Shown: in pieces, positions 31,676-39,891 of the stretch
Numbering within the stretch: the stretch's first letter is position 1
How the letters are laid out: each line of letters begins with the position of its first letter
Assembly: GCA_044377135.1 (NCBI GenBank)
Contig: JBILJP010000001.1
Coordinates: forward strand, 1 to 57,605
Direction of reading: 5' to 3'
Origin: Fluviicola sp.
GTDB lineage: Bacteria; Bacteroidota; Bacteroidia; Flavobacteriales_D; Crocinitomicaceae
Length of the DNA: 57,605 nt
The notes under the pieces: generated by a model
Databases searched by the model: none
Told to the model about the DNA's origin: nothing
What the model saw: the letters and a program-made list of their open reading frames with translations, nothing else
Translations under genes and position numbers: made by a program

Positions 31676-33412
31676 TTACAACTCGAATTGAGGTGTAAAA
31701 TCATCGGGATTGAACTTCGACAGGCTCAGTTCTTCCTGTGTGGTAGGTTGCTTTCCAGATGTTGGTTCGGGATCGGTTTCATGACTTCTGTAGATTCCAC
31801 TTTTATCTAAGAGATACGTTTTCAATTTGGCAACTTCTTGCGTGTTGCCAAAATACCTCTTGGGTGATTTGAGCATAAAGTCCGCACTCTTGATTTTTAA
31901 TGCCGGATGATGATCATACTTGAGGTAAAAATGGTAGGGTGGTAATTTTTGCAACTGCGAAAACGTTACCCCAATATCTCCCGCTTGCGATTTGAGAGCG
32001 GGCAAGCCATTGATTCCGACAAGCTTCACTGCCGTATTGTTCAACACCATGTTTTTGAGTGAAGTAGGAAGTTGACCAATGGTTTGTGTTCCAACAAGAA
32101 GATGCAGATTGAATTTGCGGGCTTCGGAAAAAACGGTTTCCATACTGCTTGAAGCCATGTTGTGGAACTCGTCCGCAAAAAGGTAACAACGTTTTCTTGA
32201 ACCTTCTTTTTCGTTGGCTCTTTGCAAGGCAATACTCAAGAGCGTTGCCGAAACAAATCTCGCCAATGCTTTTGAGGTATCCTCGCCCAACTTTCCTTTG
32301 GAGAGATTGAATAAGATGATTTTTCCTTCTTGCATTCCCCTTTTAAGATCAATGGTGCTTCTACCATTAAACATCTGATAGAACGAATAATTATTGAGAA
32401 GCATTTGCAATCTGGTGAAGATAGCCAGTTTGGTCGGCGCATACTTTTTGTTCATGAAACTCTGCTCAAAGAAATTACGAAACACCGGATTTTTGGATTT
32501 TCTCCCCAATGCTACCCACTGTTCATTCTGAGCATCATCCATAAAAATCTGCAGATCAAAAAGCCCGCACTCACCTCTCTGAAACATCACAGCCAGGCAC
32601 GGTCTGAGCAGTACCTCCATCTGTAAACTCAATCCCGCTTCGGGAATCAATTCACTAAACGCTTTTGCCCATTGCTGAGACAACAGATCAACAAGAATCG
32701 GGTCTTTTACTTTGTTCCAAAAAGGATTAAGGCAGGGAACTTTGCGCGTGTCCCATTGTGGATCAATGTACCACAGACGTTCGGGTTTAAGACCATTCAA
32801 ACGCAGTGAAAGGAGTTTTTCGGAAATATCTCCGTGCGGGTCTAAAAACACCATCGAGGCTTGCTGGGTATGATGGGTTTGAAATTGTAACTGATAAAAT
32901 AAAGTTTGCAGAAATTGAGACTTGCCCGAACCGGTTCTTCCTGTGATAATTAAATGCCTGTGCAATGCTGACATAGGAACCGGAACGGGCTCGTGTCTAA
33001 AAAAGAAAGTCGCAGTTCGCGGAAGCCACTTTTTAAGAAGTGCCAAATAGTTTGTTTCATGATCGTTGGATGAAGGAAGTAAAAGTTTGAGATTGGATTG
33101 TTGAATGAGTTCCCAATAATGCGGAGCAAAGGAAGATTGATAGGACGCATGTTTAGAAAAAACGCGATTCTCCAAAAGCAACTCGTATTCTTCGAAAGTC
33201 AGAAAGCGTTGTTTCAAAACAGTCAAAAATTGACGCGATCCGGGTGAGAGTTTCCCAAGAATGGTGTCAATGCGGTGTGTGTGGTGTTGGAGATACGATT
33301 CGCGGGCATCGGAACAATCACACAATTGATATTCCCCTGCCCAAAAAAATTCGGTTTCGGTGAGTTGCCACAAGCGTGATTGCTTGTTCCAGGCTTTGAG
33401 ATACGCTTTCAT
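31676..33412 (-). CDS. VirD4/TraD-like type IV coupling ATPase
   Basis: HLIITGRTGSGKS, LDPHGD, ADEFHN, SEARKFNLHLLVGTQ. Confidence 0.88.
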   Translation of the reverse strand: MKAYLKAWNKQSRLWQLTETEFFWAGEYQLCDCSDARESYLQHHTHRIDTILGKLSPGSRQFLTVLKQRFLTFEEYELLLENRVFSKHASYQSSFAPHYWELIQQSNLKLLLPSSNDHETNYLALLKKWLPRTATFFFRHEPVPVPMSALHRHLIITGRTGSGKSQFLQTLFYQLQFQTHHTQQASMVFLDPHGDISEKLLSLRLNGLKPERLWYIDPQWDTRKVPCLNPFWNKVKDPILVDLLSQQWAKAFSELIPEAGLSLQMEVLLRPCLAVMFQRGECGLFDLQIFMDDAQNEQWVALGRKSKNPVFRNFFEQSFMNKKYAPTKLAIFTRLQMLLNNYSFYQMFNGRSTIDLKRGMQEGKIILFNLSKGKLGEDTSKALARFVSATLLSIALQRANEKEGSRKRCYLFADEFHNMASSSMETVFSEARKFNLHLLVGTQTIGQLPTSLKNMVLNNTAVKLVGINGLPALKSQAGDIGVTFSQLQKLPPYHFYLKYDHHPALKIKSADFMLKSPKRYFGNTQEVAKLKTYLLDKSGIYRSHETDPEPTSGKQPTTQEELSLSKFNPDDFTPQFEL

Positions 33413-33984
33413 CGGATAAAGAATTTGGATTCAAGAATGGTTGTATTCAAGGGTGGAAGAAGTCCATTAAAAGCACTTTAAACTTATGGATTGGAATGAG
33501 TAAAGCAAGACCAATACTGCATAAATTGAGTGGTGAAGGCAAATGTCAAGCGATTAAAAACACCTGTTTAATGACCTTTTAAACTACCTTTTTGATGACC
33601 TCCAAAGGAATTGATTCATCCCCCTGTTTACAAGGATTGGCAACGATATTTCCGTGCCAGAACATCCCGATAGGATGTCTTTCATGCTTACGCTTCACTA
33701 AGCTACAAAAAAAATCGCGTCAAGCCAAAAAAATCAAAAGCACTTGCACTCACACACCCGTATGCCTATTACTAACACGTCGACAAAAAATCCTTTATCC
33801 CTAACCCCATCAAAAATCATCTGAACAACAATCAATCACATCAAAAACAAACAGAGCATCACAATCAACAACCCGTCAAACGAACATCAATTACACTAAA
33901 AACTTAACATCAAATCAAACAACAAAAACAGTACAAACGAACCTAAACTAAGAACGCTTCATTACACAATTAACAATCACAACA

Positions 33985-34191
33985 ATGAAAAAACTCGTCA
34001 ACAAAACAATCAACCTCAACCTAGTAGGGGTAGATGGAAATGCATTTAACATCATGGCTGCATTTAAAATCCAAGCAAAAAAAGAAGAGTGGACAGAAGA
34101 TGAAATCAATTTGGTATTGGAAGAAGCCAAAAGCAAAGACTACGATCATCTGCTGTACACGATTCAAAATCACTGCGAACCAATCGAATAA
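33985..34191 (+). CDS. Small hypothetical protein
   Basis: LVGVDGNAFNIM...DYDHLL; first of a run of co-oriented small genes. Confidence 0.7.
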   Translation: MKKLVNKTINLNLVGVDGNAFNIMAAFKIQAKKEEWTEDEINLVLEEAKSKDYDHLLYTIQNHCEPIE

Positions 34192-34214
34192 TTTATCCCG
34201 AAAACAAAAACAAA

Positions 34215-34802
34215 ATGAATGCAAAACAACGTCTAATCGTACACTACTTTTTAAGATCAATGCAAGTGAGAATGCAGTTTGATAAAGTGGTGGAGATTAA
34301 CCCCGTGTGGGCAAAAATTTATGATACTTCTGAATTAAAAGAGATCGTCAAACGGTTATACCTCAACGCAATTCCCGAAGACGTAAAACTCGACGAGATG
34401 TCCAACCTTCAATTATTAGACTTGATAGGCGATGATTATCACATCCTTTGTCAATTCATAGAAGAATTGGAAAACGAACTGAGTGCTACCCTAAAACCAA
34501 CACCGAAAAGTGTGGGCAAAACATTGTCACAATTGGGACTTGAAACTCATTATTTGGGGAACAAGCCCATTGAAGATTGGGACAATTACGATCACGGGAA
34601 TTACAAAAACTTGATCCAAAAAGCAGGCGTATCACTTCCGATATACGGCATCTTCCCCAATGCAATGGAGATGAAGGATAAATACATCACACCCGTGATG
34701 GGAAAATATCACCTCACTGAACGGCAAGCCAAGTCAGCTGTTTCGCTTCTTGTATCTACCGAACAGTACACAGAGGGCGAATTCCAGATTTTACCTGTTT
34801 AA
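34215..34802 (+). CDS. Hypothetical; shares a domain with 36404-36799
   Basis: ELKEIV..Y....P....LDEMSN..LL..IGDD. Confidence 0.7.
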   Translation: MNAKQRLIVHYFLRSMQVRMQFDKVVEINPVWAKIYDTSELKEIVKRLYLNAIPEDVKLDEMSNLQLLDLIGDDYHILCQFIEELENELSATLKPTPKSVGKTLSQLGLETHYLGNKPIEDWDNYDHGNYKNLIQKAGVSLPIYGIFPNAMEMKDKYITPVMGKYHLTERQAKSAVSLLVSTEQYTEGEFQILPV

Positions 34803-34812
34803 TCACCGCATT

Positions 34813-35238
34813 ATGGAAAATGAAGCTATGATCGGTCATCCATCCAAACAACGTGCTATTGATATAGCTCTTTGGATGACCTTTAAGTACCGTATGGAAA
34901 ACAGAATCTATGGTGTAGAGCAAAACAGAAAAACCAAGGAGTACCACATTGTGGAATTAGCCAATCGTCGCAGAACAAAACTGCTCGATTTTCCGATGGA
35001 CTATTCTCAAATGCACTACAACCAAATTAGTTCTGTGTTCATGGATAAGAATCCTCTGTCACATTGGGAAGAAATCCGTGGAATGTTATCAACTACTGAT
35101 GGCGAAGTTCTGCGGTTTATGCTCAAGTACAAAATCCCACTCGAAAAACTCATCCGTTTTGAACTCGCCTCGCGTGGGTACGATGAAAATGAGCAATGGG
35201 TTGGCTTTGAAAGAGCTTATGAAAGATGGCTCAAATAG
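34813..35238 (+). CDS. Hypothetical protein
   Basis: Start reassigned to ATG 34813; C-terminal ELASRGYDENEQWVGF. Confidence 0.7.
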   Translation: MENEAMIGHPSKQRAIDIALWMTFKYRMENRIYGVEQNRKTKEYHIVELANRRRTKLLDFPMDYSQMHYNQISSVFMDKNPLSHWEEIRGMLSTTDGEVLRFMLKYKIPLEKLIRFELASRGYDENEQWVGFERAYERWLK

Positions 35239-35268
35239 TTTTAACCGCGAAAAATCAGAGTAAACAAA

Positions 35269-35472
35269 ATGAAAACAAAACCCGAAGCAATCTACATCAT
35301 TGCAATAGCCGATAAGGATGGAAATTTTGATTGGGTTTATACTGATCCTAAACCTTTCTATGAAACACGCAAAGAAGCATCTGATGTGCTAGACAAAATC
35401 CGTGAAAAGGAAACATCTATAACGTCCAAGAACTCTAAAATTCAAAAACTATGGAAAGTAGAAAATCACTAA
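35269..35472 (+). CDS. Small hypothetical protein
   Basis: A-rich leader, operonic position. Confidence 0.6.
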   Translation: MKTKPEAIYIIAIADKDGNFDWVYTDPKPFYETRKEASDVLDKIREKETSITSKNSKIQKLWKVENH

Positions 35473-35482
35473 AAACCAAACA

Positions 35483-35710
35483 ATGAGACAAAACTATTTA
35501 AGACAAGTAATGGTTTTGACTGCACAAAGTCATCAGGAATACCTCGAAGATTTTAAAGAAGAACCTTTAAACTTTGAGGAGTATATCAATTATATGCTCG
35601 GCGCAATATACGATAATGAAAATATCATTGAGCAGATAATCCCTGTTGGCGACTGCTCAACCGTATTTGTTATTTACCAAATTCAAATTATTAAACCCAA
35701 GAAAAGATGA
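35483..35710 (+). CDS. Small acidic hypothetical protein
   Basis: A-rich leader, operonic position. Confidence 0.6.
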   Translation: MRQNYLRQVMVLTAQSHQEYLEDFKEEPLNFEEYINYMLGAIYDNENIIEQIIPVGDCSTVFVIYQIQIIKPKKR

Positions 35711-35777
35711 TCACTGTAAAACCACTTTTTACTTGATGATCCATAAGGGAAATACGCAACAAACTAAACATTATATT

Positions 35778-36104
35778 ATGGAACAAATCAAATTAAACTC
35801 TCTCAAATTAGCATTGGACTTTTCTTTGCAACTCAATCAGACCAATCCCAGTGAGAATTACAATTATGTCGTTATCGGAAAAACGGAAGACGATTTTACG
35901 ATCACTGAGGATAACTCGTATCCGGTTGAAGATGCAGATTACAAAGTACTGGTGTTCGTCGATTCACAACTAAAGGATGCACCTGTCAAGCCCATTGAGA
36001 AATGGAAAAAAATCCTTGACAGGCTTGCTGAACTAGATGGGTTGGTGTTTATTAACATTCAATTCAGACCATCACCAAAAACTCCAACAGATGAAAGCCA
36101 CTAA
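35778..36104 (+). CDS. Hypothetical protein
   Basis: Start reassigned to MEQIKL at ATG 35778. Confidence 0.55.
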   Translation: MEQIKLNSLKLALDFSLQLNQTNPSENYNYVVIGKTEDDFTITEDNSYPVEDADYKVLVFVDSQLKDAPVKPIEKWKKILDRLAELDGLVFINIQFRPSPKTPTDESH

Positions 36105-36369
36105 ACGACTCATTACTTCAGTATGGACACTGGAATACGAGATCACTCCGTCGGGGAAACTGCATATTCTGAACTATTCACGTAAGGACCCAGAAGGGTA
36201 TGAGCGTGAAAGTGAGTTGCAGCAATGCACGCTCATCGAAACCGATCAGCGTGTTGTAATAGAAGTACTTCTCAGACCTTACGAAACCTATGAATGGGTA
36301 ACGGTCGAAAACGCTACCCAGCGTTATGAAGTAGATAATCCAAAACACATCTTCTCCTACACACCTTAA
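36091..36369 (+). CDS. Hypothetical protein
   Basis: Start reassigned to MKATKR at ATG 36091. Confidence 0.55.
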   Translation: MKATKRLITSVWTLEYEITPSGKLHILNYSRKDPEGYERESELQQCTLIETDQRVVIEVLLRPYETYEWVTVENATQRYEVDNPKHIFSYTP

Positions 36370-36403
36370 ATCACCTTAGTTACACTCAAAAAAACAACAA
36401 GTT

Positions 36404-36799
36404 ATGGATGACAAAAAACAGGCACTGCTTAAGATTTTCTCTGCGGTGCTGAAAGAACGATCAAAATCAGAAGATGAGTTCCGTGAGATAAGTCCGGAGA
36501 TTCTGCGACACTTTTCCCGCAAGGAACTCATTGAGATCATCACCTCCAAAATCTACAACGGTACGGTTCCACCAGAGATCAGCCTTGTAGAAATGGAAAA
36601 TGAAGAGCTTCTCTCCATTATTGGTGATGATATGTACATCATTGCCTATGTGTCCGAAAAATGGTGCGAGGGAGTTTTGTCCCTTCCCACACGGTCTCAG
36701 CTCAATGAACAAATAAGAAACCGTTCTCGGAGCAATGTGTCAGGTACTTCTGATCCTAAGTCTCCCAAAAAAGAGAACGCACAACAGCAAAGTGCATAA
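36404..36799 (+). CDS. Hypothetical; shares a domain with 34215-34802
   Basis: ELIEII...Y....P....LVEMEN..LL..IGDD. Confidence 0.65.
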   Translation: MDDKKQALLKIFSAVLKERSKSEDEFREISPEILRHFSRKELIEIITSKIYNGTVPPEISLVEMENEELLSIIGDDMYIIAYVSEKWCEGVLSLPTRSQLNEQIRNRSRSNVSGTSDPKSPKKENAQQQSA

Positions 36800-36834
36800 G
36801 TGCTTTGGATCGCTGAGGGTATATCCTGGCAGTG

Positions 36835-36862
36835 AATAGCTCGGTATTCCCGGGCTATTTTT
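36835..36862 (+). terminator. Terminator ending the small-gene run
   Basis: aatagctcgg-tattc-ccgggctatt followed by T run. Confidence 0.6.
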
Positions 36863-36897
36863 CAAGTGAAAAATTTACTTCCTAAAACAAAACCAAA

Positions 36898-37698
36898 ATG
36901 AAACCTATTCTCAAATCACCCATTTCCTATTACGGATGAAAACGATCCATGCTCAAAGAAATTCTGCCACGTATTCCACCTCACTTTACCTATGTTGAAC
37001 CTTATTTTGGCGGAGGTGCGGTTTATTGGGCTAAAGAACCTTCACAAGGCGAAATCATCAATGATCTGAACCTGAACGTGGTGAATTTCTATGCAGCTCT
37101 TAAAAATGATTTTGAACGTTTAAAAACTAAAATCACTGCTACCCTGCACAGCAGAGCCACCTACAAAAAAGCACTCTTTGTGTATCACTCCCCTGAATTG
37201 TTTGCGGAAGCTCCTCTGATCAGGGCACGGGCTTTTTATGTAGTCACCAATCAATGATTCGCTCACAAAATTGGTTCGCGGGGATATGATTCTACCGATT
37301 GTGCGCATACGGTTCAAAGAAAAATTGATGCCTTTGCCGAAGAATTAAGTGAGCGTCTCAAGCATACACAGATTGAACACAACGAGGCACACAAAGTCAT
37401 CGCTTCAAGAGATCATAAACACGCTTTCTTCTACCTCGATCCACCGTACATCAACACTAATCAGGGTCATTACTCCGGTTACGGTAGTGAAGATTTTGTG
37501 CGTGATTTGGAGGTACTGGCCACTATTCAGGGGAAGTTTCTCTTGAGCTGTTTTCCTTCGGATGAAATCAATGCTTTCATCAAAAAACACAAACGACACG
37601 TGAAGACTTTTCTTAAACCCTCCTCTGCCGGAAACAGACTTCCTGCCGGACAGGGAAAAAGAAAAACAGAAGTGTTGGTTGCCAACTACCCTATTTAA
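36898..37698 (+). CDS. Dam-family (D12) DNA adenine methyltransferase, intact only with TGA=Gly (266 aa)
   Basis: PISYYG*K (TGA 36937), EPYFGGGAV, INDLN, TNQ*F (TGA 37255), FYLDPPY, EVLVANY; joins three ORF-track fragments in one frame. Confidence 0.9.
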
Positions 37699-37812
37699 TT
37701 CTTTATTCTACTTATGCTTCATTCACACTCCCCTCCTAAAAATTCTCTTGCATTTGGATAAAGAATGTATAATCTGTAAGTGATCAACTTTTATCCGGTT
37801 ACGTTCATACAC

Positions 37813-38004
37813 ATGAATGATAAACTACAACTCATTCAGATCATTCTTAATCTGCCCGAAAACCAGCAGGATACTGAAAGCATGATCCCCAACTCACTTT
37901 ACGACAAATGCATGGAACAAAGCAAGCAATACGATATGGGAATCATAGCGGGTACACCTCTCAATGAAGTTGTCGCAGGTTTTAAAATGAAAGCAGAAAA
38001 ATGA
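37813..38004 (+). CDS. Putative addiction-module antitoxin
   Basis: Small ORF with ATGA overlap to the toxin; with TGA=Gly it extends to TAA 38019. Confidence 0.65.
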   Translation: MNDKLQLIQIILNLPENQQDTESMIPNSLYDKCMEQSKQYDMGIIAGTPLNEVVAGFKMKAEK

Positions 38005-38300
38005 CTGGTTACAGCATAATTGTCTTAGACGATGCCAGACTGGAACGGGAACAAGCCAAGGAACGATACGGTGAACAGGAAGAAGGCCTGTGATTGGTTT
38101 TTTCTGATCAATTGACTTCAACACTTAAGTTGATTGAACTATTCCCACTGCTCTACCCTGAAAAACGTCATCCGTTGAGAGAAGCGTTATTAAATCAATT
38201 TCCTTTTCTGATCATCTACCAAATCAAATCTCAGGATACAATTCTGATTCATTCCATTTTTCATATTAAACAACACCCAAATAAGAAACTCCCCTCTTAG
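38001..38300 (+). CDS. RelE/ParE-family toxin, intact only with TGA=Gly (99 aa)
   Basis: A..E...A.E(CGA)Y.EQEEGL*..F; FPFLIIY; IHSIFH..Q.P; TGA at 38091. Confidence 0.85.
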
Positions 38301-38406
38301 ATAATTCATCGCTCGTTTTTTGAAGTCAGCAATCCTTTTTACGATCAATCATTCCGGAGTCACGCACTCCCCTGTTTTTTAAGTTTTGGTATCGGCTGCA
38401 TCCCTT

Positions 38407-38454
38407 ACCCTGTTTTTGTAGCCGTAAAAATCTGTCACCCTGAATTTGTAGCCG
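38407..38454 (-). repeat. Two distal iterons
   Basis: accctgtttttgtagccg and accctgaatttgtagccg, reverse complements of the origin iterons. Confidence 0.8.
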
Positions 38455-38515
38455 ATAAATTCTCCGTTTTGGTCATTTTATCCGTTTCAACAACTATTGC
38501 TCCGCTGCTCGCCCC

Positions 38516-38851
38516 TTGTCAATGGATTGACAGCACTTTATACACTACTGTTAACTACTCTATCAATCCCGGACAACCCAAAAACAAAAGAAAAAAGCCA
38601 ATATTTACACTCCCCTGTCAGTGCTTTATCACTACTGTGTCCGAACCTTGTCAATCCCTTGTAAACCATTGACAGCACTTTATACAGCTGCTGACAGACC
38701 ATTGACAACCATTATCAGTGGATTGTCAAGGGGAAATCAACACATTGACTTGAATAAACTGAATTGAAATCTATACTTTGGATAGTGCATGATGTATGCC
38801 CTGACAACTGCTTAACAACCCTCTGACAATCCCTTGTCAAAGTCCTTGTCA
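38516..38851. repeat. Array of helically phased YTGWCA-like boxes
   Basis: Boxes at 38648/59/69/80/91, 38702/12/23, 38801/12/23/34/46; 19-bp direct repeat at 38526-38544 and 38668-38686. Confidence 0.65.
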
Positions 38852-38955
38852 ACCATCCGACCCAAAAGAGGAGTTGATGAGCAAAAGAGAGGAGAGTAGT
38901 CGTGTTTTGCACAGCGATAACCAATCGTTAGCATTTATCCTTTAAACCACTATTG

Positions 38956-39471
38956 ATGGAAATTCTAAAATCGGAAGCAGAGAAATTGCTTGATGTGAGT
39001 TCAACAACCTTTTACAAACGGGTGAATAAACTCGGGATCGAAATGATCAGCAAATGAGATGCAAATGGAAAACGCAGTTACATTCTCCAATCAGACTTTG
39101 ATAAAATGGCTTTGGCTATGGGGAAATCCATTCGCAAGGAAGAACCCGCAAAAAAAGAACAGACACCACAAGCCAAAGCAGAGGAGTCTGCACCTTCCAA
39201 AAAGAAAGAAGAGCAGTTTGATTTAATGGTAAAGATCAAAGAACAAGAGCAACAATTGATTACTAAATGAGAAATGGTCGATTTCTACAAAGAGCAATCA
39301 ACTGTGTTGTTAACCCAACAACAAGAAGCAAAAACACAGATCAACACCATGTATCTGCAAATGATCAAAGTAACCAATAAAGCCACAGCTTTTGGAGTGA
39401 CCGCTATTGCACTTGGGGTTTTATTCATCTGATTTGTAGTATTGGTTGCGCTTGGGAAATTACAATTCTAA
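38956..39471 (+). CDS. HTH, coiled-coil and C-terminal TM protein, intact only with TGA=Gly (171 aa)
   Basis: MEILKSEAEKLLDVSSTTFYK(CGG)VNKLG HTH; TGA at 39055, 39268, 39430; ends TAA; absent from the ORF track. Confidence 0.82.
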
Positions 39472-39477
39472 TCGCTC

Positions 39478-39857
39478 ACCCTGTTTTTGTAGCCGTTGGA
39501 AGTTAAGATGCTTTCAAATAGCGGTTCTAACGGTTGTTTTAAAGCGATTTTTATACTCTGACAACAACCTTTAATCATTATCCTGTTTTAAGATGTTATA
39601 TTCTTTAAAGACTTATAATCTTATAGCACAAAAGCAATGGCTTTGCAACTGACTTTTCGCACAATCCGGCTACAGATTCAGGGTCAACGGCTACAAAAAC
39701 AGGGTAGTCGGTCTACAGAATAAGGGTTCAACGGCTACAAATTCAGGGTGAAGTATAACACTTTCAGGGATGTTAGGCTACAAATTCAGGGAATACTGTA
39801 TCGGCTACAAAAACAGGGTGAAAATACCAAGTATAACATTGAACGGCTACAGTAGCC
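39478..39857. repeat. Iteron-type replication origin
   Basis: 18-bp CGGCTACA(a/g)(a)(a/t)(a/t)CAGGGT at 39667, 39688, 39709 (degenerate), 39732, 39775, 39802; inverted copy at 39478; AT-rich 39530-39630; ggctac-a-gtagcc palindrome at 39845-39857. Confidence 0.85.
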
Positions 39858-39891
39858 TTTGCGAGTAGCTTTTAAATAGTTTTCAAACAAC

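Noticed and set aside
33985-36799. Extending the recoded patch into the small-gene run
   Set aside because: No internal TGA, one gene ends in TGA, and CGG/CGA occur in Arg-like contexts
38469-38924. ORFs 38469-38672 and 38715-38924
   Set aside because: They overlie the phased repeat array, have non-ATG starts and show no protein motifs
39667-39819. CRISPR array
   Set aside because: 18-bp repeats with very short, irregular spacers next to rep and no cas genes; these are iterons
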